DNA of 64,000 nt. Origin: Chiloscyllium plagiosum (lineage: Eukaryota). The translations under genes and the position numbers were made by a program. This document shows positions 52,351 to 64,000 of this stretch, one piece after another. The notes under the pieces were generated by a model. That model was not told where the DNA came from. It did no database searches and saw nothing but the letters and a program-made list of their open reading frames with translations. How positions within the stretch are numbered: position 1 is the first letter of the stretch; each line of letters starts with the position of its first letter. The stretch covers positions 52,118,238-52,182,237 of the forward strand of contig NC_057718.1 in NCBI RefSeq assembly GCF_004010195.1. Reading direction: 5' to 3'.

Positions 52351-53556
52351 CAAATGTTAATTGCACTGGATGAACAATATGGTATTCTATGTCATCATCC
52401 CACTTTTCCTTTATGTTGCTATTCTCCCTTTGGCTGAAGCTCTAATTATTTTTTTAAACAAATTTAAATGTAAGCTTGGGTCGGTTAAGTCAGAAAATAA
52501 TACATGAAGTTGCACTTCATCTCCTAATGACCCAAAAGTCAATCGTATGATGTGACAGCGCATCTTGAAAACTCTTAAGCACATTTTCCTTCATGTCCTA
52601 TCAACTGGAGGAAGTGTTAGTATTTAAAACAAGCATGGCCTCAGGCACATTGCTGAGAGATGGTTACCAATATTCCCAGAACATCTCAGATGGTGAGCAC
52701 AATTACATAAAGGGAGATCACCTGGAGTAACTTAATATCATGCTTGCTTGTGAGACAAAAGTTGGAAGAGGACATCCTAAACCCTTGCCCAACAGGAACT
52801 TTTGTCAGGAACTGCAGTACACCTCACAATTTCTGGGCTATAGCTAATATCTTCTTTTCATAGTCTGAGCCTTAAAAATCACAATCCCTTCCCATTACAG
52901 CAGAGGGAGGATGCAAGCACCTCTTTTAGTTGGCTGTTTCTTGCAAAGTACTCCTCCCACTCCTTAATTCTGTGCATGTGTGCTTCACATATCACTCAGG
53001 ACTAGCCCCTTTAAATCATTATCTCAATTTAATAGGTGTCAATTTCAGAGCTGCTACTTGCAAGATTTCAGTGGGAGTTTTTTTTTTCCCCAACACTATA
53101 CTGCAAATAGACCTAGGATCTGGCATTAAAATTATAGAAATTGGTTAGTATCTGGTGAAAATTATACATTGCTTTAAAAGAGTGATAGCTTCTGCAGGAT
53201 GCCACTGTGATGCCAATTAAATGAAGAGGATAATTACATTTTGAGACAAAAAAGCAGGGCCAAGCACACTTGCCATCTGAAACTGTTCTGGGTCTCCTTC
53301 TACCCATGACATTGAAGGTTAATTCTTCTGTGCATTTGAGGACTTGAAATGAATAAATGCCTTCCATTTGTGAAGGTTCTCTTTCGGGCACTATGTTTAG
53401 GTATACATATTACAAGGAATAAAGAGACTGGGTTAATGAATGGATATTGAAGAATGCACATCTATGTAACAAGGCAGAAAGGTTTGGCTGGTGCCAGGAA
53501 GAATCGTCAGTGTTATTAAGAAGGTATATGTGACAGAGAGCATTAATAATGAGCAT

Positions 53557-53750
53557 GATTTGGAGATGCCGGTGTTGAGCTGGGGTGTACAAAGTTAGAA
53601 ATCACATAACACCAGGTTATAGTCCAACAGGTTTAATTGGAAGCACACTAGCTTTTGGAGCGACTATCACCTGATGAAGGAGCATCACTCTGAAAGCTAG
53701 TGTGCTTCCAATTAAACCTGTTGGACTATAACCTAGTGTTGTGTGATTTT
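53557..53750. mobile_element. Palindromic Penelope-derived mini-element (third family) with a hammerhead motif
   Basis: ~58-bp inverted arms aaatcacataacaccaggttatagtccaacaggtttaattggaagcacactagcttt / aaagctagtgtgcttccaattaaacctgttggactataacctagtgttgtgtgattt. Possible TSD taatgag. Confidence 0.75.
53668..53702 (+). ncRNA. Minimal hammerhead ribozyme-like motif
   Basis: CAC-CTGATGA-A-GGAG-catca-CTCT-GAAA-GC-TA-GTG. Confidence 0.6.
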
Positions 53751-53869
53751 TAATGAGAGTATTGGCAGGGCGTGCAAATAGCAGCTAGGAAAAGAGCCAT
53801 TGAAAAGTGTTATGAACATTGGCTGTAAAATCTGTGTAACATTGGAAACAAAATCTTGCAGCATTTTTC

Positions 53870-54830
53870 TCAATTCATTCATGGGAACCAGCAATTACTG
53901 TCCATCTCTAACTGACTGAGCTGGTGGTAATTAACACCCTTCTTAAACTACTGCTGTCCGTGATGAGTAGATACATCCACAATGCTGATAGAGAGTAAGT
54001 TCCAGAAAATGACTCAATTGCAAATGAAGGAACAGCAATATAGCTTAAAGTTAGAATGGTGGTTGGCTTGGAGGGGAACTTAGAGGTGGTGGTGTTGCAC
54101 TTCATCTGCTATCCCTGTTCTTCAAGATGGTAGAAGTATCAGGCTTGGAAAGTGCTGTTGGAGGAGCCTTTGTAAGTTATCACAGTGCATCTTATGAATG
54201 GTATACATTGCTTCCTTGGACTTGTAATGAAGGGAATGAAAATTGAAGGCAGCAAATGAAAGGCACAGTGTGTGATTGGCCAATGAGTGAGGCTGCTTGG
54301 TTCTATGGTGTCAAGCTTCTGGAGTGTTGTTGGAGCTACACCTATCCAGGCAACGAGGAATGCTCACTCCTGTCTTGAGCCTTGTAAATGATGGCAGACC
54401 CTAGGAAATCACAAAGTGAGTATACATCACCTGAATACCAGCTTCAGAACTGCTTTTATGACCACAGTATGTATATAAATGGGCTCGTTTGGTTTCAACC
54501 CCTCAGATGTTGATAGTGGGGTTTCAGCAATCATGATGCCTTGTATATCAAGGAGCAATGGTTATACTCTTTCTTGTTTGAAATAGTCGTTGCCTGGCAC
54601 ATCTGTGGCATGAGTTTTACTTGCTACGCATCAGTCCAAGCCTAATTATGCAGTTCTGGGTGCACGTAAGCACAAAATGCTTCAGCAGAGTCCTGAATGA
54701 TGCTGAATATTATGCAATCATCAGCCAAAATCCATGTTACATCTGATATTATGGTGATAACAGGTAAACGTTAAAGCAGCTGAAGACGGTTGGGCCTAGG
54801 ACACTACCATATAGAACTCCGAAGAGATTG
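53870..54830 (-). mobile_element. Second-family LINE 3' portion, degenerate
   Basis: ORF 54749-54931 contains GVLYGSVLGPTVFSCFN; family tail motifs lie at 53880-54100. Confidence 0.7.
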
Positions 54831-55919
54831 CTTGCGATTGAGATAATTGATCTCCAACAACCAGAAGGATCTCCTGTTGAGCGAGCTATGGCAACCTTCA
54901 TATGTTTGAACAAAGTGACTGAAGTAGACAACAGATGAACTTTTATTATTTATATGAATTTCTAGAAGACATTGGAGAGAGTCATTCACAAGAGACAGTT
55001 AACTAAGATTGAAGATTTTGGAACTAAAGGCAAATTATTGACTCAGTTATGAAATTTGCTGCAGCAAAAGACAGATTAGAAATAATGGACAAATACCCCA
55101 ATGGATGTGATACATGATTATTCTGCAGGGGCTATTATTGGGGATTCAATATGTGCAATATTTGGCAATTGTGGTATCTATCTAAATAAGAAAACTGTGA
55201 CATAGCCTTCAATATTATCTTCTGTATTTATGTTACAACATAACTACATTAACCAATACAAACAATAATAAAAGAGCTCCCCAAACCAAAAGATAACCCT
55301 TGAAAAGCAAACTATAGCCCTCTTAAAAGTCTTAAAATATAACGTTGCTTAAAAAAGGTAAATACTGGAACTGTAAGGACTGATGTGTAGCAAATAACAT
55401 TCGTGCCACATATGTACAATTTTAATCTACTTGATCTTTTAAGAGTCCAAACCATTTAGCATGGTTCTCTTGCCCCACAACACAATGGAACATGTCCTGT
55501 GTGAAGACTGGACCTTGTCTCCACAATGATCATGCAGCTTTACCTCTGTTGTTATGATCAAATGCATCAAGTAGATTCATAGAGACAACATCAAGGAAAG
55601 GTTATCCCCTGCTGCAATCCAGGTCTAGCAAATATTTTTATTCAGGACTCAACCAGTTCAATCAATGGTGGTGTAACCTAGCTGGTCTTGGTAATGAACA
55701 TTGAAGTCTCTTGTTCTAGTTAGTACTCTCGTTGCCCTCAGTGCTTCTATAAATGGTGTTCAACATGGAAGAATACTGATTTATTAATTGAATGAGGGCA
55801 GTAGATTAACTTGCATACAGTTGACCTGTTGAAGCTGTCAGTGAGTATGACTGTATTAGATTGTTGCTTGTCTAGTTTGTGAAATGGTACCTCTAATTTT
55901 GTTACAAGTCTCCAGATGT

Positions 55920-57575
55920 CGCTGAACATAAACTGCAAAGTCATTCAACAGGTCTGGCGGCCTAAGTGAAGGGAAAGCGTAGTTTACATTTCAGTTCAAG
56001 TAACCTGTCTTCAGGACTTTTGCAAGGTTGACAGAACTGGCTATTCCTTTGCCATTTCTAGTGCCAAGGTGAATAGCAACTGCTCAAACTGGTTTTAGTC
56101 AAGACCATTTCAGAAGGTTGATAAGAGTCAAACATTGCTTTGGTGGGATCTGAACTCTTATATCTCAAGCATTAGCACAGGCTTCTGCATTGTCTGTCAA
56201 AATGACCCTGAGCTTCCAGTTACCTGCCACATTAATACAGCACTATGTTCCCTGGCTAATATTTGTCTCAGGTCTGCTACAGTGCTCCAGATAGGCTCAA
56301 CACAAGCTGGAGGAACAACATCTTATCATCTGCATTGGTACCTTACAGCTTTCATGTTGGTTACCTGTCCTCCCATTTTGTTCTACACCCTACTGTGAAT
56401 GGGGTGCTCCCTGTCGAACCAACCCCTTTTCAACTGTGCACAATTCTTGTTAACAACCTCATTTATCACTTTCTACACCTATCATCAGCTATCTCTTTGC
56501 TTGCCTATCCTTTACTATTCTCTCTCATAGACTCCATTTTCATGTACTATTTTTACTGCCCTTCCCAGCCACCAACCCATCATTAGCATAAACATCCCCC
56601 CGACCCCTTTCCCAGCTATTTCAGTTCTGACAAAAGGTCAGTGGAAACATTAACTCTGTTTTCTCTTGAAAGGTGCTGCCAGACCTGCTGTGTTTCTCCT
56701 GCACTCTGGATCACTACTTCAGATATATTTACACTACACTGCCATTCACATTGTGCACTGCACATTGGGACCCAACTTTGCCAGTGACATTCACATCCAT
56801 ATTCCTCTGATCTTCCATGTCTAAATTCAGGTAAATTAAATTGATGAAGGACAGAACTGCATCATGTAACCTCAACTGTACCATTCCTATTGGATGCGCT
56901 AGCTTAATTTTGCCCCTTTGGAAACAACAGGAAAAAAAACATATGAATCAGAACTTAATGTAAGTTAAAGAGATGACCTTGCAATCTTACAATCTCATTG
57001 CTCAGCTCATTGAAAATAATTGAATGTACACCTCAGGACTTAACAATTTTGATAGTTAGTTTATTTTGGCCTCTTTTGCCTATCCCTTTATTCTTTCTTT
57101 CTTTACATCCCTTTGTCTCTGTGTCTCCTCGCCCCTTCCATGGTTCTCCATTTCCATGTATTCTATTCATTTCTTCCAACCCCCACCCTATCAGCAGTGT
57201 AAATTTCCCCACCTTTCCGACCTTTGCCTATCAACACTCCAGGCTCAGTCATGACATGGACTGCTTTCAGCACAGCAAACTCATTTTCACCTCATGATAG
57301 TCCCAATTATCAGGTTTCCTTTCTCCTGAGCATATTACCATCCACTTCTTTTTCCTGCTAGCTGGTATTGTCTGACTGTCTGTCTGTCTCTCTCTCTCTG
57401 TCTCTCTCTCTCTGTCTCTCTCTCTCTCTCTATGGGTTCCATCTCCATCTATCCTTTTATTTATTTATTGCATTGCCCTTTTCCCCCCAACTTCTTCAGC
57501 AAGAATGCCACCTTTTCCCAGCTACTATCATTCCTGAAGAAGGGTCATTGGATTTGAAACATTGATTCTGGTCTC
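55920..57575 (+). mobile_element. Old Penelope-like fragments (GIY-YIG C-terminus and terminal repeats)
   Basis: gaccctgagcttccagttacctgccac..aagctggaggaacaacatc parallels 61800-61930. Degenerate cores ctgacaaaaggtca..gaaacatt (56627) and ctgaagaagggtca..gaaacatt (57533). Confidence 0.6.
57376..57431 (+). repeat. (CTGT)/(CT)n microsatellite
   Basis: Read directly from the sequence. Confidence 0.95.
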
Positions 57576-58829
57576 ATTCAAATCTCTCTAAACAGGTGGG
57601 AATTGTTTGAAAATCATATTACACTATTTAGGCCTCATTTCCAAGTATTCAGCTACAAACTGACAGATACATCCTGGAATTATTGAGATCATAGTTGTCA
57701 AAATGGATGCAAATCAATGGTGTCATGCAGTAGAGTACCACCCAATTCTCTAATCACATTGTCTACTTAACAATGGAAATAAGCACCATTGAAACTATCT
57801 CTCTTGTGTCCATAAAAGTTGAAACGTTCAAAGAATTTGTGTCAAATTCCATGCAATCAAGGTAGGCTCTTCCAACTTGCAAAGTACATTTTTAAAGATA
57901 CTGACTGTTTTTTTATAGAATCTAAATGAAAATACATTTGGATTGGGCCAATATTTCTATCAAGAATTCACATTATTTCAAATAACTCTTTCCTAATTCT
58001 GTCACTTGTGTATGCTTGATCTTTTTACTGAAGAAAAGGATGTACCATAACTTGACCTATCTAAATTGCACCAGTTTCATAATCCAAGGAAGTCGAAAAT
58101 GGCTTTGAGAGAATTATATTTCCAATCATGCAATAATAGTGCAGTCACATTTTCTTTCTATCTCTAATAAAAAATATTATTAATCTTTTTGTGTGTAGAT
58201 GTTCATAAAGCTGTTGTGTATTCATGCTTGTGTGAAATAATTTTGATAATGTTGATACCTACATTTTAGTTTTTGTTTTCTTTTCAAAGTGTAGCAGATG
58301 ATTACAAAACGGCACAACTATAGAGTTCAGCGATTTTAATGAGACATTTGGACTTGTGCGTTTATGAGATCTTGAAATAAAAAGGATCATATTATGTTAT
58401 TGATTAGTATCACAATTCAGCATTCTTACACTGTACAACAAAAAGCCTTGCATTGGTAGATTATGTGGCTGCTCCCAATCTTATTTTGCCCATGAGAATG
58501 ATTCCCAGATTCAGTGCTGCCATCATGTAAAGATGCCAACTCCAAACAATGATACTTTAAATAAGGGGAAGAGAATGGAGGAAAGATTCATTGCCAAAAA
58601 TACATGCTGAAATAAATGGATTCAGAAAGATCTTGGTCTGGAATTTCAGTTGCCAGTGTGGCTGGAATGAGCAGGCGTGGCTCTTGGAGAGTGGTATTGA
58701 GATCTGCCACCCCTGAAGCACAGTTTTCAAGGAATGACAGGGAAGTAAGCAATTGCATTCATTTTATGGCTCATTAAGCTCTTTGAGGAGCTTGTTAATA
58801 GGCAAAAAAAAGTAATCCTCAAAGCTGAA

Positions 58830-59162
58830 ATTGACAAACCTGAACAATCAGATGCACATCTAGATCTAAGGATTACTGTTCAGAAGTCAGGGGTCGCCCA
58901 CTTAAAGCAGAAATGGGGTGGGTTTTTTTTCACTCTCTCACAAAAGATCACGATTCGTTGGAACTCTCTTCCGAGAAAAGGGGTGGAAGCAGAGTCTTGG
59001 AATATTATTGAGGTAGAAGTTGACCAATTCTTGATAAGCAAAGGCGTGAAAGGTCATTGGAGGATGTCAGGAATATAGATTTGTGGTTACAATCAGATCA
59101 GCAACGACCTTATTAAATGGGGGAGCAGGCTCAGGAACCAAGTGACCTATTCCTGCTTCTTA
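58830..59162 (+). mobile_element. Old CR1 3' end
   Basis: ttggaactctcttcc..gggtggaagcagagtc..gggagcaggctc..gacctattcctgcttct. Confidence 0.6.
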
Positions 59163-59573
59163 TTTGAATGCATGCAACAAGGCCTTTGACCCTTTAAATT
59201 TGCCATCTCTTCTGCAAGGACCAGAAGTTTCAATAAAAGTTGCTAACTTCCTTTGCTGCTTGAACTCTGCAGACAGCTCTCACCCACGCGAACATTTGGA
59301 ATTATTAGTTGAGCACCAAGTGTATTTTTGGCCGAATTAGGGCACCTAAACTTCAAGACATCACTCAGGGTTGGGGCATAGAAATTAATCAAGCCCAGCT
59401 CAGAAATTCAGTCTCATATGCCTATAATATCACTGAGCCTTACTTAGTTAGCATGGAACAATGAGATCCTGTTTCTCTGAAAATAATTAACCATGAACCA
59501 AAATTACTTCTGGAAGAAGACTGTGGATGGGAGGAATGTGCTGATAATCAAGACTCACTACTCCATCAGTCAC

Positions 59574-59765
59574 ACCTGAGTAAAATTGTGTTGATTTAAT
59601 TGTTAGAATGGATAATTGTTACTCTTTTATATTAGTATTTGGACATGGGTGAAGACTACTCCCCTATGACCTGAGTAAAATTGTGTTGATTTAATTGCTA
59701 GAATGGATAATTGTTACTCTTTTATATTAGTATTTGGACATGGGTGAAGACTACTCCCCTATGAC
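59574..59765 (+). repeat. Head-to-tail 95-bp tandem duplication
   Basis: 59574-59668 and 59669-59763 differ at one position (aattgttaga vs aattgctaga). Confidence 0.97.
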
Positions 59766-61102
59766 TTTGAATCGTGGCTGCTTATTTGCTGTACATGAGC
59801 TATTTTTACTACATATGGTGCTGGCACATGAAGCAGGTGTGAGACTGGTGCGGATTGCTGGCATACAGCAAGATGCATAGCCCCATGATTCATGACTGCC
59901 AACCAGTAAGGCAAGTGCTGGTTGTGTGTGAGCTAACAGACAAGTAAGACATGAATGCCATGAGCATGCAGGTAGGCGTTAAGTGAGTGAGCACTAAGAC
60001 AGCAAGAAAATAGCCCTGAGATACAATCTGCTCCAATTTCTGAACTGGCTACTGTCCTTGTGTACAAAGTATCCTTGTGACACACTCTGATTGCTAGTTG
60101 CTAGCACACTGTGTAGTGAAGATCCGTGCTTCCTCAGTATTCTGCAAGTGGATCAGCAGTGTCATGAGGATTCTAAGAGTTTGGCAAATGTTGGATGACG
60201 GTTGCAATGGACGAGGGTTGAATGCAGGTGGTACCCATGGATTACGTCCTAGATGCTTTTTTGTAGAGAGCTACATGGAGGCTCTACACAGTTAGTAGTG
60301 AGCTGAAATCGCTAGGTACCCATTTTGAATCCCATTTTTGGTGTCTAGTTTGTTCATGGTGGGTGATTGTAAGGGAAGCTGCAGATTAATGAGGCAAGGT
60401 GTGCAGTTAACAAGCAATAATGCCCCTTAATTAGCAACTCACTGCTCCCTAACAAGAATCTCACCTCAACACCCAGAACCCAGCTAAAAAGTACAGTGAG
60501 CTACTCCCACACCAGGAGAGGCTCACTGGAATTCTCCCAATTTTCACCATAGCCCATGTTGTTCAGGTCCCTATAAGATAACACATAGAATTTTTGGCAC
60601 AACACTTGTGGGCTTAGCAACTGGAAACAAATGCTAAAATGTGATGCTTTCTCACATCCATTGTTTCCTGGTGATGAAGCCAAACTGTTAAGAACAATAG
60701 ATTGGTACTAAATGTCCAGTTTTGATTCGTAACAGAACTCAAAGTCTCTCAAGCATGGTCACAGTCCAAGTTTATAGGTTTATCAGTTTAACAGAAATAT
60801 TTGAACTCTGTCAGCTCCCCAGAAACTTCTGCTGAGAGAGAGGGAGAGTGCTATACAGCTTTTGGGGTGTCATCTTTTAAACTAACTCCTGAATCCAGAG
60901 AACAGAACTCAAAGTCCAGAAAGAATTGCAAGGCAAGCATTAATACAGGGGCTTCTAGACCTTTCAAAGCCACATTTTTCAAGTAGTTGAGACAATAAAC
61001 TCCATTTCTTAACTCCTTGATAGCTGTGCTGATCTTTCTCTCCAGAATCATTGGTTTCCAACCAGCTTGTGTCAGCAGTTTACAGCACATATTAAACTGC
61101 TG

Positions 61103-62235
61103 ACACAAAGACAGAAATTACTGGAAATCCTCAGCAGCAACTGTAGAGACAAATAAGAGCTAATGTTTTGGGTCCAGTGACGTTTCTTCAAAAGTGCTGG
61201 TAGCTAGGAAAAGGTTTTGTTTTATGTGACAAAGGGGCCTCGAAAATGTCCACATTCTTCCTCAACCGAGGATTCCCCAGCACCATGGTTTGCAGGGTCC
61301 TCAGTCAGGTCTGACCGTGCTCCCGCATCTCAGACCTCACCTCCTCTCAGCCCTCCCACAACAGAGATACAGTCCCCCTTGTCCTCACCTACCATCCCAC
61401 CAACATCCACATCAGGAAGAGCATTAGCTGTCATTTTGTCAGCTTCAGAGGGATGACACCACCAGACACATATTCCCCTCCCCTTCCTTGTCAGCCTTCT
61501 GCATGGAATGTGCCCTCCAGGAGACCCTGGTTCATTTGTCTTTCACTCCCATTCCCCTCTTGCAGCCCCGTGGCACCTTCCCCTGCAACTGCAGAAGGTG
61601 TTATATCTGCCTGTTTACTTCCTCCCTCCTCTGTATCCAAGGGCCCAATGACACCATCCAGGTGAAGCAACAATTTTTCTGTACTTCACTGAATCTAGTA
61701 AATTGCATTTGCTGCTCAAAATGTGGCCTTCTTTACATTGGGGAAATGAAGATAAACTGGATGACTACTTTGCAGAACACTTCTGTGCTGTCCACTAAAA
61801 AGAATCTGAGCTTCCCATTGCCTGCCACTTTAACACCCCACCCTGTTCCCTGGCCAACGTCTCTGTCTCAGGCTTGCTGCAGTGCTCCAGCGAACCTCAG
61901 CGCCAGCTGGAAGAACAGCACCTCATTTTCCGCTTGAGAACTCTGTAGCCTTTTGGATTAAATGTCGAGTTCAACTATTTCAAAGCTTGAGGCACCTTCT
62001 CCCATGTCCTTACCCCAATCCTCACACACTAGGCCTTGTTATTACATGATCTGCTATTATACACTCCCCATTGCTAGCCACTAACAGTCCCTATTAGTAG
62101 CCAATCATTCTCCTAGGCTAGCCGTTATACGTTTCTGTGTCTGTCCAACTGTTTTCCTCTCTTTGTGCTCTCTCTGTCATTCTGCTTAATGTCCATCTAA
62201 CATTTTCTCTTCATCCCTCTTCCACTCTATCTCAG
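61103..62235 (+). mobile_element. Penelope-like element: short inverted 5' terminal piece plus GIY-YIG endonuclease region
   Basis: ORF 61488-61937 contains GTFPCNCRRCYIC..QVKQQFFCTSLNLVNCICCSKCGLLYIGEMK. The segment 61103-61215 mirrors the 63850-64000 terminal repeat. Confidence 0.85.
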
Positions 62236-62265
62236 CCTTAGTGCAGACCCAATTTGGCATTCTCC

Positions 62266-63460
62266 CGGCCCAGTGAGGCAGTCTCTCGGCCCAGTGAGGC
62301 AGTCTCTTGGCCCGGCAAGGTGGTCTCTCGGCTCAGTAAGGCAGTCTCTTGCCCAGCAAGGTGGTCTCTCGGTGCAAAGAGGCAGTCTCTCGCCCCCACG
62401 TGGCAGTCTCTCGCCCCCACGTGGCAGTCTCTCGCCCCCACGTGGCAGTCTCTCGTCCCAGCGTGGCAGTCTCTCGGCCCAGCGTGGCAGTCTCTCGGCC
62501 CAGCGTGGCAGTCTCTCGGCCCAGGAAGGCAGTCTCTCGGCCCAGCGTGGCAGTCTCTCAGCCCAGGGAGACAGTCTCTCGGCCCAGCGTGGCAGTCTCT
62601 CGGCCCAGCGTGGCAGTCTCTCGGCCCAGGGAGGCAGTCTCTCGGCCCAGCGAGGCAGTCTCTCGGCCCAGGGAGGCAGTCTCTCGGCCCAGGAAGGCAG
62701 TCTCTCGGCCCAGCGTGGCAGTCTCTCGGCCCAGGAGGGCAGTCTCTCGGCCCAGCGTGGCAGTCTCTCAGCCCAGGGAGACAGTCTCTCAGCCCAGGGA
62801 GACAGTCTCTCAGCCCAGGAAGGCAGTCTCTCAGCCCAGCGTGGCAGTCTCTCGGCCCAGCGTGGCAGTCTCTCGGCCCAGCGTGGCAGTCTCTCGGCCC
62901 AGGAAGGCAGTCTCTCGGCCCAGCGTGGCAGTCTCTCGGCCCAGCGAGGCAGTCTCTCGGCCCAGGGAGGCAGTCTCTCGGCCCAGGGAGGCAGTCTCTC
63001 GGCCCAGGAAGGCAGTCTCTCGGCCCAGCGTGGCAGTCTCTCGGCCCAGCGTGGCAGTCTCTCGGCCCAGGAAGGCAGTCTCTCGGCCCAGCGTGGCAGT
63101 CTCTCAGCCCAGGGAGGCAGTCTCTCGGCCCAGGAAGGCAGTCTCTCGGCCCAGCGTGGCAGTCTCTCGGCCCAGCGTGGCAGTCTCTCGGCCCAGGAAG
63201 GCAGTCTCTCGGCCCAGTGTGGCAGTCTCTTAGCTCAGGGAGGCAGTCTCTCGGCCCAGGAAGGCAGTCTCTCGGCCCAGCGTGGCAGTCTCTCGGCCCA
63301 GGAAGGCAGTATCTAGGCCCAGCGTGGCAGTCTCTCGGCCCAGGAAGGCAGTCTCTCGGCCCAGCAAGGCAGTCTCTCGGCCCGGGGAGGCAGTCTCTCA
63401 GCCCAGCTTGGCAGTCTCTCGGCCCAGCATGGCATTTCTGGGTGGTAGTCTCTCGGCCCG
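62266..63460 (+). repeat. 21-bp GC-rich minisatellite, consensus GGCAGTCTCTCGGCCCAG(CGT/GAA/GGA), roughly 55 units
   Basis: Read directly; it produces the repetitive ORFs in all three + frames. Confidence 0.98.
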
Positions 63461-63836
63461 GTGTGACCGGAGTGAACCTCCAGTCTCGATATGATTCCAG
63501 GGCAGTCTCCCAGGCTCAAGATCCTCAAGGTGAAGCCTAGAGCAGTCTGGACTTAAGGCTCCGTGCAGACTAGAGGCTAGGTAACAGCATGGACTGGGTT
63601 TGGAGGACTATTTTTATCATCTTTTTATCCCGTTAATTTTCTAATTTATTCCTATTATCTGTTGTGCTGGACTTTGTTTTACATTTACATATTTTTGTCT
63701 GTAAGAATTTGTACTTGCGAATCTGTACCCAGATACCTCTGTACCCAAATGCGTAAGATGGTGCTGCAAGTGGTGACTTCTCAACCTTTCACCATACTCA
63801 TGTCAGTACATATGACAATAAAGCTTATTCTAATTC
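63460..63836 (+). mobile_element. 3' portion of a retroposon that hosts the minisatellite (non-LTR-type tail)
   Basis: Ends ctttcaccatactc..tgacaataaagcttattctaattc. A related tail in reverse lies at 50278-50325 (gattagattattgtcacgtac..agtgaaaa). Confidence 0.5.
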
Positions 63837-64000
63837 CACCTCCTGCATAAATACCAACCATCTAGCTACTAACTAGTTACCATCAGTCCTGAAAAAGGAT
63901 CATTGAACCTGAAACTTTAACTCTGATTTCTCTCCACAGATGTTGCCAGATTTGCTGCCTTTTTCCAGCAATTTCAGTCTAGTTTCTGATTTCCCACATC
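63837..64000 (+). mobile_element. Penelope-like 3' terminal repeat, probably continuing the 61103 element
   Basis: ctgaaaaaggatcattgaacctgaaactttaactctgatttctctccacagatgttgccaga. Confidence 0.7.

Noticed and set aside
62266..63460. CRISPR-like array
   Set aside because: Contiguous tandem units without unique spacers, in a eukaryotic context with no cas genes.
62254..63540. 428-aa ORF as a real protein gene
   Set aside because: A stop-free 21-bp unit opens all three frames, there is no recognisable domain, and the start is non-ATG.

Overview
Eukaryotic, repeat-dense, apparently non-coding (intronic or intergenic) DNA. It is most likely from a shark or other elasmobranch, inferred from HE1/V-SINE-type tRNA SINEs that share a 3' tail with HER1/CR1-type LINEs. 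I could not identify any host protein-coding gene. Every long ORF is a transposon remnant, a tandem repeat or an N-gap artefact. Contents: a near full-length but disrupted CR1 LINE (minus strand, 21.3-25.3 kb); many truncated CR1 copies; an older second LINE family; V-SINEs; a probable solo LTR; a decayed Harbinger transposase; a 21-bp CpG-rich minisatellite; two ~100-bp tandem duplications; and a 548-N gap. The most notable signal is at least three families of Penelope-like (GIY-YIG) elements and their short inverted derivatives. These carry minimal hammerhead-ribozyme motifs and several have 12-15 bp target-site duplications. There is also an orphan miRNA-like hairpin near 20.3 kb. Boundaries of old repeats are approximate and read by eye.
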